Shown: positions 10,525 through 20,429, counted from the first letter of the stretch. The stretch: 64,000 bases of DNA from an uncultured cyanobacterium (GCA_963703315.1 OY969811.1:3264001-3328000), one strand, 5' to 3'. The notes: a model not told the origin generated them from the sequence alone. Numbers and translations: made by a program.

Positions 10525-11640
10525 TTGGAAATCATGGGAATGCGATCGCCAAATCAGCAAAATCTTTTATCTTCTTTTGTGCGCGTTGCGATCGCTGCGA
10601 ATACATTTATAGTTATTTCCCTTAACTGGAATGCTCAAAATAATACTACTTGGGCAAAAAGTCTCCCAACCACAGAAAATTCATCAAACAAATTAAATTC
10701 CAATCGTTTTTTATTCATAGATTTACAAAGCCATTGGTCACGTCTATTTGTTGAAGGATTACTGTCCAATCAAGCTGTGAGCAATATTTTAGTTGATTCA
10801 GAAACTAGTCGTTTTCAGCCCGATCGCCCCATTACCCGTGCTGAGCTTGCCAATATATTAGAGATTGCCTTTGCTAATCGAAATGCACCCAAGATTACAA
10901 CGCGCTTAAATGATCCTGCCACCAAAGCCGAGACCTTAGTGGCGATCGCCCGTGAACTCAACCTAAACAGCAAAGCTCACAATACACCGCAAACATATTT
11001 GCTATCAATGTATCGAGATGCTTTGAAAATACCTGACTATGCTATTCCTGCGATCGCCACACTTACCCAACAAGGTTTAGTCACTAACTATCCCGATCCA
11101 CGTATCCTTGCGCCTACGAATGCCATTACTAAAAGTGAACTAGCAGTACTGCTATATCAAGCCCTTGCTTATCAAAAGAAATTACCAGCACTAGGCTCGC
11201 TCTATACGATTAATCCCAATCGACAACTGTGGGATCGGGAACTGATGCAGGTGACGCGCCTCGAAGTTAGCATCAGCAAGCGCAAAGTGACCGCCTTTCA
11301 TGGCGAAATACCTTTGAAAACATACTCTATTGCGGTAGGTAAATCGGGATGGAGTACACCCATTGGCAATCATCGGGTTTTACAAACTATTGAATATCCT
11401 GCTTGGCAAAATCCCTTTACAGGAGATGTGATTGCTAGCAAAGATCCTGAAAATCCTTTAGGCGATCGCTGGATTGGCTTTTGGACAGATGGCAAAAACT
11501 GGTCAGGATTTCACGGTACACCTAACCGAGATTCGGTTGGACAAGCTGCCTCTCACGGATGTATCCGTATGTATAACGAAGATGTGCGCGAATTATTTAG
11601 TCAAGTAACTGTTGGAACTGTGGTGAGGGTATCTCCCTAA
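10525..11640 (+). CDS. L,D-transpeptidase (YkuD) with SLH domains
   Basis: FQPDRPITRAELA SLH motif; GFHGT...SHGCIRM catalytic motif. Confidence 0.9.
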   Translation: MEIMGMRSPNQQNLLSSFVRVAIAANTFIVISLNWNAQNNTTWAKSLPTTENSSNKLNSNRFLFIDLQSHWSRLFVEGLLSNQAVSNILVDSETSRFQPDRPITRAELANILEIAFANRNAPKITTRLNDPATKAETLVAIARELNLNSKAHNTPQTYLLSMYRDALKIPDYAIPAIATLTQQGLVTNYPDPRILAPTNAITKSELAVLLYQALAYQKKLPALGSLYTINPNRQLWDRELMQVTRLEVSISKRKVTAFHGEIPLKTYSIAVGKSGWSTPIGNHRVLQTIEYPAWQNPFTGDVIASKDPENPLGDRWIGFWTDGKNWSGFHGTPNRDSVGQAASHGCIRMYNEDVRELFSQVTVGTVVRVSP

Positions 11641-11686
11641 AAAAAGTTGATGATTACGGCGCTTTGCGCCGTAATCATCAACTTTT

Positions 11687-12469
11687 TTAGCTTTGTAACA
11701 CTCGAACTACTGTAGTTTGAGGAAGATTATTAGCATTAAGTTCTAAGCTTGAACCTGCTAATTTGTTGATACTATCCTTGGGCATCAGAGCCAGAAAATC
11801 ATCGATAGCAGCTAATTGACAAGACTTACTAGATTTATTTGTTCGATAATAAACGGGAATAACAATGCGTGGATTTAGTTCTTTGACGATCGCCTGAGCT
11901 TCTACAGGAGAATAGGCTTTAGCAGCAAACGAATCCGTACTCTGCTCGTTACCACCTATTGGCAAAATCAAAACATCGGGACGACCAATCAAAATTCTTT
12001 GAGAGGCATTAATTGGAGCAGCAGCACTACCAAGATGCACGATAAAAATACCTGACTGTTTCCATTTCCATGCCACATTCCGCCCAAATCTGCGACCACC
12101 CAAGCGATCGTGATCCATCGAAATCCCTTGCAGATTAATGCCTTTGAGGTTATAAGAGCCGGGTTCTGACAAAACGCGCCGATCCTTAGGCAAATTTTCT
12201 AGGTATCCTTCGTCCAAGAGTCGGGAACTAATCAAAATGTAATCAGACGCTGATGTAGGGGATGTCAAATTACTGGTACAACCCGCAGGACGAAAAGGAT
12301 GGGTTAAAAACCGCACACCATCACCTGATACCAAAAATGACAGATGCCCCAACCATTCCAGTCGTAAAGTTGAGTTAGTTTGCGAATTAGCGGCATCAGC
12401 GATGATTCCTGCTGTAAATGCGGAAATTAGTCCACCTTGAGCGAGTCGAAGAATTTGTCTGCGGCGCAT
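11687..12469 (-). CDS. MBL-fold metallo-hydrolase with Tat-like signal
   Basis: MRRRQIL signal; LEWLGHLSFL; IVHLGS; PDVLILPIGG. Confidence 0.8.
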   Translation of the reverse strand: MRRRQILRLAQGGLISAFTAGIIADAANSQTNSTLRLEWLGHLSFLVSGDGVRFLTHPFRPAGCTSNLTSPTSASDYILISSRLLDEGYLENLPKDRRVLSEPGSYNLKGINLQGISMDHDRLGGRRFGRNVAWKWKQSGIFIVHLGSAAAPINASQRILIGRPDVLILPIGGNEQSTDSFAAKAYSPVEAQAIVKELNPRIVIPVYYRTNKSSKSCQLAAIDDFLALMPKDSINKLAGSSLELNANNLPQTTVVRVLQS

Positions 12470-12551
12470 ATTGTTTAGGTAAATGATTATTTTAGGTTAG
12501 ATCAGGATAATTCCAAAACAATATTTAAGGTAAGGGAAGTCTTAATTATTT

Positions 12552-12626
12552 GTAGGATGCGTTAGTGAAACGTAACGCATCAATCAGGTAAAAATGATGG
12601 GTTACGAGATCTCTAACCCATCCTAC
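12552..12626. repeat. GTAG-type REP doublet (REPIN-like)
   Basis: GTAGGATGCGTTA...TAACGCATC and GATGGGTTA...TAACCCATCCTAC inverted pair; second copy at 50331-50404. Confidence 0.75.
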
Positions 12627-12651
12627 GTTTAATTCCAACAACCTTAAATAT

Positions 12652-13251
12652 TCAGGCTGTGACGGTTAATCCTTTTAAGAAGTTTCTCAGTAAGTCTCTT
12701 CCTGCCTCAGTTAAGATACTTTCAGGATGAAATTGGACTCCTTGAACATGAGGATATTCCTTGTGTCGGACTCCCATGATGATGTCATCTTCAGTCCATG
12801 CAGTAACCTCAAGGACATCAGGGCAATTATGACGATCAATGACGAGACTATGATATCGAGTTGCGGTAAAGGGATTGTTTAGCCCCGCCAAAATACCAAC
12901 TCCTGTATGGTAAATTTGTGATGTTTTACCATGCATTAGGTAGGGGGCTGAGACAACCTTACCTCCATAGATTAAACCCATACTTTGATGTCCGAGACAT
13001 ACGCCTAAAATCGGAGTATATGCCCCCATTTCTCGAATTATATCGAGAGATACACCTGCTTCTTCAGGACGACCAGGACCTGGGGAAATGACAACTCCTG
13101 CGGGATTTAGTTGTTTGACTTGTTCGATGCTTATTTCATCGTTTCGTTTAACTATAATTTCACCCAATGCAGGAAATTCAGGTAATAGTTCACCAAGATA
13201 CTGCACAAGGTTATAAGTAAAGCTGTCGTAATTGTCGATAACGAGAATCAT
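12652..13251 (-). CDS. trpG: Anthranilate/aminodeoxychorismate synthase component II (glutamine amidotransferase)
   Basis: [35 protein letters not shown]. Confidence 0.93.
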   Translation of the reverse strand: MILVIDNYDSFTYNLVQYLGELLPEFPALGEIIVKRNDEISIEQVKQLNPAGVVISPGPGRPEEAGVSLDIIREMGAYTPILGVCLGHQSMGLIYGGKVVSAPYLMHGKTSQIYHTGVGILAGLNNPFTATRYHSLVIDRHNCPDVLEVTAWTEDDIIMGVRHKEYPHVQGVQFHPESILTEAGRDLLRNFLKGLTVTA

Positions 13252-13365
13252 GTTTGCAGATCTTGTATTTGTCAGCTTTGAGATTGATGGCGATCGCTAA
13301 TTTCTGACTCGATTTAGCTTTTTCAATTTAACATTTTTTATGAAGAATTCAGACCAGAAAAGATT

Positions 13366-14280
13366 ATGAAACTAGTTTTGGGAGCTTTTGCCTTGGTCTT
13401 GTTAGCTAGTTCATATTGGGACGATGAGGCGATCGCGCAACTACGTCAAAAGCCACCACAAAAAGTTCAGATCCAGCAACAGGTGGTTATTCCTGCGAAT
13501 GAGAATGCCGATCAGCTTTTGGAACGGGGTAATTCCTATGTCCGTTTGGGGAATTTAGAAGGGGCTGTAGTGGTTTTTCGAGCAGCAATCAAGAAAAATC
13601 CTGAGCTAACAGCCGCCCATTACAATCTTGGTTTGGCTTATGCACAGGCAGGACAGCTCAAAGAAGCCATTCATTCTTTTCAAAGGGCAACGAGACTCGA
13701 TCCTAAGTTTGCGATCGCCTACAGTAATTTAGGTGCTGCTCAGTTGCAGTCTGGTAATCCTAACCAAGCAATTCCCAATTTACAAAGAGCAGTGCGGCTA
13801 GACCCGAAACTTTCAGTTGCCTATTACAATCTTGGTCTAGCCTTTAAAGAGAAAAAAGACATCAACAATGCGATCGCCAATCTCAATCAAGCTCTAAAGC
13901 TAAATCCTCAATCTCCCGAAACAATTTATAACTTGGGTTTGTTAATTCAAACTCAGGGTGATATGCCGAAGGCGATCGCTTACTATGCCAAAGCTTTGCA
14001 ACTAAATCCTGAATATCCAGAGGCTTACTACAATTTGGGGGCAGCTTTATTAATTCAAGGTCAAACTGAAAATGCGATCGCGCAGCTTCGTAATGCTTTG
14101 CAATTTCGGAAAGATTATGCTGAGGCTTTCTATACACTTGGGGTCGCGCAGGTAAGGGCGGGACAAAAGCAGGACGCAATTCAATCTTTTATTCAAGCCC
14201 AAGCCTATTTTAATCAGCAAAAAAATACTACATGGGCGCAACAAAGCGATCGGCAGATTCAACGATTACGCAGTAACTGA
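13366..14280 (+). CDS. Secreted TPR-repeat protein
   Basis: N-terminal hydrophobic signal; tandem 34-aa AYYNLG repeats. Confidence 0.9.
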   Translation: MKLVLGAFALVLLASSYWDDEAIAQLRQKPPQKVQIQQQVVIPANENADQLLERGNSYVRLGNLEGAVVVFRAAIKKNPELTAAHYNLGLAYAQAGQLKEAIHSFQRATRLDPKFAIAYSNLGAAQLQSGNPNQAIPNLQRAVRLDPKLSVAYYNLGLAFKEKKDINNAIANLNQALKLNPQSPETIYNLGLLIQTQGDMPKAIAYYAKALQLNPEYPEAYYNLGAALLIQGQTENAIAQLRNALQFRKDYAEAFYTLGVAQVRAGQKQDAIQSFIQAQAYFNQQKNTTWAQQSDRQIQRLRSN

Positions 14281-14517
14281 AAATAGAAATATCTATTTTC
14301 AGTACTTCTATAGCAAAACTTGCATTGCTATACCTGATTGATTGTAGGTTGGTATAACTATTGGATAACTATACCAATGTATCAAAAGTAACTTTCTGAT
14401 AACTTTGGCTAGCTGACAAATTTCTCTAAAAAGCGGAATATATACGCATAGATTCACGTGTTAGTGAGTTTTTATGAGCTTTAGATTTGATTTTTCGGTA
14501 AGATTAAGGGTAGGGAA

Positions 14518-15402
14518 ATGAATAAGTCAGTTTTTCAAAAAATAGCTTCAGCAGTGCTTGTATCTTGGGGGGCAATTGCTACTACTCTTCCTGCTCATGC
14601 TGGCAATCTAATCAATGGCTGGGACTATGCTCGTGATGACTACTCCTATGATGGCTCTGATGCTAATGGCTTTAGCCCCACTAGTCGTTTTGACATTTAT
14701 GGTATTGGAGTTAAGCAGGTTAACAACGAAGTTTGGGTGGGAATTAATGCCAGTACGCCATTGACAGGGGCTTCTTATAGTAGTGCGGCTGATGGCAATA
14801 TTGGTTGGGGCGATCTATTCCTTGACTTTGGAGTTGGTAGCACATTTTCCTCTGCTCAAGGTTCCATGCTCGGTATTCGATTTGCAGCTACCAATGATTC
14901 TATTGCACCAACTACAGGCGTTTATACAAATGTTACTGGCAAGAGCGTTGCTCTAGACAATAGTGGATACACTAATTTGAATCACTATGCTAATCATGCA
15001 CCCAATGCCGTAATTGGTGACTTGGCTTTGAACGATCCCTATTATGCCGCTTACGCCAATGCTGGTGTTCCCAACGTAATCAATAAATTTTCATCAAGGA
15101 TTGGTGACGTACAAACACTTTCTAGTTTGGAATTAGCAACTCTTCCTGTTATATCTGCCCCCAATGGAAGTACTCATCTGAATACGTTTGGCTTTAAGTT
15201 TAGTCTTCCCAGTACTTACACTGGATCTTTCATTGGCTCTCTATTTTTAGAGTGCATTAATGACGCAGTTGCTATCAAGGGCAACGTCAGACCTGTACCT
15301 GTGCCTCCTGCGATCGCAGGTATTCTTGCTGCAGGGGCTTTCGGTGGTTGGCGTGCTACTAGACGAAAAAAACAACTCACAGCAAAAGCAGTTGCAGCTT
15401 AG
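14518..15402 (+). CDS. Exosortase-dependent (PEP-CTERM-like) surface protein, XDD3-like
   Basis: Signal peptide ending AHA; DGNIGWGDLF motif; C-terminal VPVPPA + TM helix + RRKK. Confidence 0.75.
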   Translation: MNKSVFQKIASAVLVSWGAIATTLPAHAGNLINGWDYARDDYSYDGSDANGFSPTSRFDIYGIGVKQVNNEVWVGINASTPLTGASYSSAADGNIGWGDLFLDFGVGSTFSSAQGSMLGIRFAATNDSIAPTTGVYTNVTGKSVALDNSGYTNLNHYANHAPNAVIGDLALNDPYYAAYANAGVPNVINKFSSRIGDVQTLSSLELATLPVISAPNGSTHLNTFGFKFSLPSTYTGSFIGSLFLECINDAVAIKGNVRPVPVPPAIAGILAAGAFGGWRATRRKKQLTAKAVAA

Positions 15403-15439
15403 TTAAAAAAGGGGTCGTGCTTCGCACGACCCCTTTTTA

Positions 15440-16672
15440 TTAGGGAACACTCCAAACATGAATATTGCAGTCTTCGCCACCACTAACTAAGGTTTGTTCG
15501 TCTTGACTGAGGGCGATCGCATTGATCAGATTGATATGTCCATTGAGGACTTGAATTGGTTCGCCTGTTTCTAAATTCCACACACGGATTTCTTTATAAC
15601 TAGCACTAATCAAAGTTTTACCATCACGACTAATAATTAGTGACTTGACCCAACCCCAATGACCTTCTAATGTGCGAATTGCTTTACCTGTTTGCAAATC
15701 CCAAACTTTGATACGAGTGTCGAGACTGCCACTAACTAATGTACGTCCATCAGGACTGATCGCAAAGGAAAGAACTCGCGCTGAATGTCCGATAAATTCC
15801 CAGCGTAGTCTCCCAGAAATTAAGTCCCATACCCGAATCGTCGTATCCCAACTGCAACTAGCAATTACTTTGCCATCGGGACTGAGCGCCACCGAATCCA
15901 CCAGACTAGTGTGACCACGGAGAGTCCGAATTTCTGTACCTGTTCTGATATCCCAAAGTTTAATCGTAGTGTCTTGGCTACCTGTAACCAGAGTTTTGCC
16001 GTTGGGAGTAATTGCCACCGAATTGACATAGCCAATATGTCCCATCAAAGTGAGCAGTTCCTTTCCCGATCGCGCATCCCATAGTTTGATCGTTTTATCG
16101 CGACTAGCACTAGCTAGGATTCTGCCGTTAGTACTCAAAGCGATCGAAGTAACAATATGCGTATGTCCACGAATCGTGCCAATTTGTTTAGCTTGTTGTT
16201 TGGCTTGATTTTCTCCCTTGCCTAAATCCCACACTTTAATCGTGAAGTCTGCACCAGCGCTATATAAAATTCTGCCATTTGCCGATATAGCAAGGGAGGC
16301 GATCGCCTCTTCATGACCTTGTAGGCTGTCAACAATATCAAATAAATGATATTGACTATAGTTCTTTAATACTTGCCGAATGTGAGCTTCAGGTCTACGC
16401 CAGAGTAGCAAGAGGGCAGTACGTTGCACCTTAAGAGATGGATCTTCCAAGCCTTGTAAGACTAAGTTCAAGCCAGCTTCACCATAATTAAGCGCTTCTC
16501 GGAGGGCGGCAATTCTGGGGGCGATCGCCGAACTGGCTAATCTTCTTTTAACTCCTGCTATTCCACCCAGCACGACACCACCAATGGGCGGTGGGGATTG
16601 ACCTCCAAGGACGGCATCCTGTGATTTTGGCTGCTGGTGAGGCTTTGAGATCATAAACTCGTGGTTAGCCAA
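15440..16672 (-). CDS. WD40-repeat protein
   Basis: Seven GH...WD repeats. Confidence 0.93.
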   Translation of the reverse strand: MANHEFMISKPHQQPKSQDAVLGGQSPPPIGGVVLGGIAGVKRRLASSAIAPRIAALREALNYGEAGLNLVLQGLEDPSLKVQRTALLLLWRRPEAHIRQVLKNYSQYHLFDIVDSLQGHEEAIASLAISANGRILYSAGADFTIKVWDLGKGENQAKQQAKQIGTIRGHTHIVTSIALSTNGRILASASRDKTIKLWDARSGKELLTLMGHIGYVNSVAITPNGKTLVTGSQDTTIKLWDIRTGTEIRTLRGHTSLVDSVALSPDGKVIASCSWDTTIRVWDLISGRLRWEFIGHSARVLSFAISPDGRTLVSGSLDTRIKVWDLQTGKAIRTLEGHWGWVKSLIISRDGKTLISASYKEIRVWNLETGEPIQVLNGHINLINAIALSQDEQTLVSGGEDCNIHVWSVP

Positions 16673-16698
16673 GCGACGCTTTGCGTCGCTTGGCTAAA

Positions 16699-17571
16699 TT
16701 AAGCGGCTGTGGCAAGAGCTTCTTCTAACGAATATTCAATATCAGAAAGTTGATATTCTCCGTAAACTTCACAGGAGTTATTCGGGCTTTCAATAAGTTT
16801 GATGCTATGCAATTTTGCACCAATTTCGCGGATAGGTTGAGTGAGAACTTTTTGAATATATACAGCGATATTTTCGGCGGTTGGCACAACTTCAGAAAAA
16901 TAAGGAATATCCTTATTCAAGAAAGTGTGATCCATCGGATCGAGGACATATTGATTAAGAGCTTTTTGAAAATCACTAAGATCAGCGATCATGCCCGTAC
17001 GTGGGTCAATCTCACCAGTAATAGAGACTTCTAAATGATAGTTATGTCCATGACCATTCACACGAGCGCATTTGCCATAGATAGCAGTATTTTCTTCTAA
17101 AGAAAGTGTATCTAGTGCGAGGCGATGAGCAGCAGAAAAGTGAGTACTAATTGTTAAATTTACTTTCATGTCGTTACCTTGATAGTCAGCCCAGAGTTCA
17201 GGATGTTCATATAAGCGAATATTGATTAATGGCAAATGATTTTCTAATCGTTGCCATATTACGCGAGCAATATTTTCCGTAGTTGGCAGAGTTTGCTGAA
17301 ATTCTGCCCATGCTTGATTGAGATAGGAAAAATTTAGTTGGGTCGTGACTTCACGGGCAATGATGTGTTTGACATCAGAAAGATTTAGCACCATGCCCGT
17401 ATTGTCAATTTCTCCTTGCATCCCAACGTACAGTACATAGTTATGACCATGAGGAGGAAAGTTAGTACACGCGCCGAATTTGGCATGATTTTCCTCATCT
17501 GGAATTTCGGGAAGCCAGTAACGATGACTAGCAGAAAATTCGGCTCGGCGATTAATTACACATTTAGCCAT
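16699..17571 (-). CDS. queD: 6-carboxytetrahydropterin synthase (tandem QueD/PTPS domains)
   Basis: Two FSA(S/A)HR...C...HGHNY...PT(T/A)ENIA units; ATG 17571. Confidence 0.85.
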   Translation of the reverse strand: MAKCVINRRAEFSASHRYWLPEIPDEENHAKFGACTNFPPHGHNYVLYVGMQGEIDNTGMVLNLSDVKHIIAREVTTQLNFSYLNQAWAEFQQTLPTTENIARVIWQRLENHLPLINIRLYEHPELWADYQGNDMKVNLTISTHFSAAHRLALDTLSLEENTAIYGKCARVNGHGHNYHLEVSITGEIDPRTGMIADLSDFQKALNQYVLDPMDHTFLNKDIPYFSEVVPTAENIAVYIQKVLTQPIREIGAKLHSIKLIESPNNSCEVYGEYQLSDIEYSLEEALATAA

Positions 17572-17723
17572 CAGGAATAAGCCACTAAAAACTAGGCTCA
17601 AGGAATTGTAAATTTATCTTAATACGTTAACAGTTTCAGGGAGCAAATCCTAACTTACAGCAATTCAAGATCAGGAAAACCAAAATAATTTAAGCGAGCG
17701 TGGCTTCGCCACGCTCGCTTAAA

Positions 17724-18212
17724 TTATGGATTCTCATTAACTTGTTGACGCTTGATTTTTGCCTCAAGTTCTGACCATGCAATCACTTGAGTCACTGTTA
17801 AATCTTCAATATGCACACTATATTCTTTAGCGATCGCCACTAAAGATTGCATTGCCGAAATTACCATACGGGTAAGAAATTTTTCATGACTGGAAAGATT
17901 GGCAGATGTAACTTCATCCTGTCTCGTATCTTCAAAGTCGAGATCAGGATGCGGCGAAGTCCACTTTAGAAATGCCGCCTCTTCTCCTTGATCTTTCCGA
18001 ATCTGCGAATCCTGCTCGATCCATTGCACAATTTGGCTAGTGACCAGATCCTCAGCATGAATATTCAAAGTTTGAGCAATTTTGATAACAATCCGTAGTG
18101 ATGAAATCGTGATACGGGTCATAAATTTTTCCATTGCCGAAAGCATAGCCCCATCGATTTGGTGGGCTTCTGCTAATGTCAGAAACTGGATCGGATCTTG
18201 TTGGGTTGTCAT
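17724..18212 (-). CDS. Conserved cyanobacterial hypothetical protein with internal duplication
   Basis: Two LSxxEKFxTRxxIS...EDL...QxxxW units. Confidence 0.7.
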   Translation of the reverse strand: MTTQQDPIQFLTLAEAHQIDGAMLSAMEKFMTRITISSLRIVIKIAQTLNIHAEDLVTSQIVQWIEQDSQIRKDQGEEAAFLKWTSPHPDLDFEDTRQDEVTSANLSSHEKFLTRMVISAMQSLVAIAKEYSVHIEDLTVTQVIAWSELEAKIKRQQVNENP

Positions 18213-18275
18213 ACAAACTACTGTTAAAAATTGAGAGCGATGCTTTACGTCGCCCTCAATGACTAAAAAACGAGA

Positions 18276-18554
18276 CTAAAAACCGATAATTTGCAAAAAT
18301 CCTCGACCAGTCACCAATTCAGCAACAAATAAAATCACAAAGCCAATCATTGCAACGCGCCCATTGAGTAGCTCAGCATACTCGGTTAGCCCAAAGATCT
18401 TTTCATCTTGGCTTTCGTCTTGATTTGCAACTTGCTTTTTAACCTGTTTTTCAGCTTTCTCTTCAATATACATTTTTGGCTCGATCGCCCAATTGTTTAA
18501 GATGCCACGCTCATCTTTCGTAAAAGCCGTGCGGACTTTAGCTTGTTCTGTCAT
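18276..18554 (-). CDS. hli: High-light-inducible protein (HliA/B type)
   Basis: LNNWAIEPKMY N-terminal motif; AELLNGRVAMIGF chlorophyll-binding motif. Confidence 0.9.
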   Translation of the reverse strand: MTEQAKVRTAFTKDERGILNNWAIEPKMYIEEKAEKQVKKQVANQDESQDEKIFGLTEYAELLNGRVAMIGFVILFVAELVTGRGFLQIIGF

Positions 18555-18594
18555 TAATTTTTACCTTAAAGTTTTTTAAATAATTTATTGCTAA

Positions 18595-18699
18595 TAAGTA
18601 GCTGGGCATACTTAAAAATTAGATCCAAAACCTGTAGCGCACGCGCAGCGTGCGCTACAGGTTCTTGGGTTTTGGATTTAATTTGCGTCCAGCTACTTA
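18595..18699. mobile_element. MITE with TAAGTAGCTGG terminal inverted repeats and a 12-bp target duplication
   Basis: TIRs TAAGTAGCTGG/CCAGCTACTTA; flanking ATTTATTGCTAA at 18583-18594 and 18700-18711; central hairpin. Confidence 0.85.
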
Positions 18700-18857
18700 A
18701 TTTATTGCTAACTACTTAGCATTGCTACATGATTCTTAACTTTTGTTCAATTTTATCCCCTAATGTCAAAATTCTCCAAACATTGAATGGAAGATCTAGC
18801 ACAAAGCGCTAGTAAAGTAGAGATGACGCTTTGCGTCATCTCTACTTACTGTTTTTT

Positions 18858-19541
18858 ATGTCCCACTTTTCTGACTTATTCGAGCATTGGCAATCTACTC
18901 TCAATTGGTCACCCAACACTGACCAAATCTCTCAATTTGAAAAGCTATACGAGCTGGTAATCGAGGGGAATAGCAAACAAAACCTAACGAGGATTACGGT
19001 TCCTGAAGACTTTTGGGAAAAACACCTATGGGACTCATTGCGAGGTGTATTAGCTTACTGGAATCGTGAAAATATTAAGATAATTGATATTGGTACGGGG
19101 GCGGGCTTTCCGGGACTACCGATCGCGATCGCCAAACCATCATGGCAAGTCACTTTAGTTGATAGCAAACAAAAAAAGGTTGCTTTTGTTGAGCAAACAA
19201 TTCAAGATCTCCAGCTAACAAATGCGATCGCCCAAGTTGGGAGAGTAGAGGATCTTAACAAAATATCCTCACACAAAAAGAAGTACGACTTAGCGGTCGT
19301 AAGGGCAGTGGGTAAGCCAGATATTTGTGCTAGCTATTGCTTACCATTTCTGAAAAAAAGTGGGACAGCAATTCTCTATCGGGGGCAGTGGCTACCTGAA
19401 GAAAGTGAGCAACTAGATATATTTTGTGAAGAACAAGGGTTACAAGTTGTCGAGCAGGATCGGTTTCAGACTCCGATTACTGCAAGTGTCCGTCACAGTG
19501 TTTATCTTTCACCCCGTTCAACCTCCATCTCAAACTCATAG
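18858..19541 (+). CDS. rsmG: 16S rRNA m7G527 methyltransferase
   Basis: NLTRIT, KHLWDSL, DIGTGAGFPG, VRAV. Confidence 0.95.
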   Translation: MSHFSDLFEHWQSTLNWSPNTDQISQFEKLYELVIEGNSKQNLTRITVPEDFWEKHLWDSLRGVLAYWNRENIKIIDIGTGAGFPGLPIAIAKPSWQVTLVDSKQKKVAFVEQTIQDLQLTNAIAQVGRVEDLNKISSHKKKYDLAVVRAVGKPDICASYCLPFLKKSGTAILYRGQWLPEESEQLDIFCEEQGLQVVEQDRFQTPITASVRHSVYLSPRSTSISNS

Positions 19542-19762
19542 GGAGATGCAAAATTAGAAGAATCGTAAAGAAACCGAATAACTTCTTCTTCGAGACGGTG
19601 AATATGGTGGACTTCTACAGCATTAGTAACACGCAGAGCCGCTAAGTAACCGTCTAAAAAAAGTCTCATTTCATCGGTAGAACAATAACCACGTTCTGAC
19701 ATTTCGACTAAGGAGTCTGTAATCTTTTGATAATGACGAATGGCGATCGCGTCTTGAAGCAT
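19502..19762 (-). CDS. Conserved cyanobacterial small protein (DUF6761-like)
   Basis: MLQDAIAIRHYQKITDSLVEM...LFLDGYLAAL...RLEEEVIRFLYD. Confidence 0.75.
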   Translation of the reverse strand: MLQDAIAIRHYQKITDSLVEMSERGYCSTDEMRLFLDGYLAALRVTNAVEVHHIHRLEEEVIRFLYDSSNFASPYEFEMEVERGER

Positions 19763-19958
19763 AGGTCAAGCTGGAATAACTACCGTCCTAGTGGGATATG
19801 CCTAGGTTATATAGAGGGTTCCCCCATAGTTCTATCGAGTGATCGCTAGTTAAGAAAATTTCACTCCATATACCTTAAGCATCGTCATTCTAACACTTTG
19901 AGAATTTAAAAACATCAATATACCGAAGAATGAAGTTGCGGTGCTTTGCGCCGCAACT

Positions 19959-20429
19959 TCATTCTTCGGTATATAAAGGCTTAACATCTTGCCAAGGCGC
20001 AGGAATACCATTTTGCCAATGGGTTTGAGCGATCGCCAATAGGCTTTCACTTAAGGACAATGGTGGATCAGATTGCTTTGCTCTAATAGCAATTGATTCA
20101 CAGTCAATCCCATATACGGGAATATTTAGCTGTTCGCCGAGGGTTCTCGCTACGACAACACCAATACGTGTGCCTGTAAAACTGCCAATGCCAGTAGCGA
20201 TCGCTAAAAAAGCAAAGTCAGTCCACAAAATATCATCCACAAACATATTTAAGCAGTCATGTAACCTTACAGATAGCTCTCTGCCTAATTCCCATGACTG
20301 CTGTTTGTGGATGATATATGTCTGAGAGTTGCGATTTGGATGCTGATCTAAGTTTTGATCAAACTTAGCGATCGCAAGCTCTAGTTTTGTCGTTGTTGTA
20401 TGTAAAGCAAGGCTAAACTTTGTGGTCAT
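19959..20429 (-). CDS. tsaB: tRNA threonylcarbamoyladenosine biosynthesis protein TsaB (short form)
   Basis: LALHTTT, GRELS, GIGSFTGTRIGVVVARTLGEQL. Confidence 0.85.
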   Translation of the reverse strand: MTTKFSLALHTTTTKLELAIAKFDQNLDQHPNRNSQTYIIHKQQSWELGRELSVRLHDCLNMFVDDILWTDFAFLAIATGIGSFTGTRIGVVVARTLGEQLNIPVYGIDCESIAIRAKQSDPPLSLSESLLAIAQTHWQNGIPAPWQDVKPLYTEE

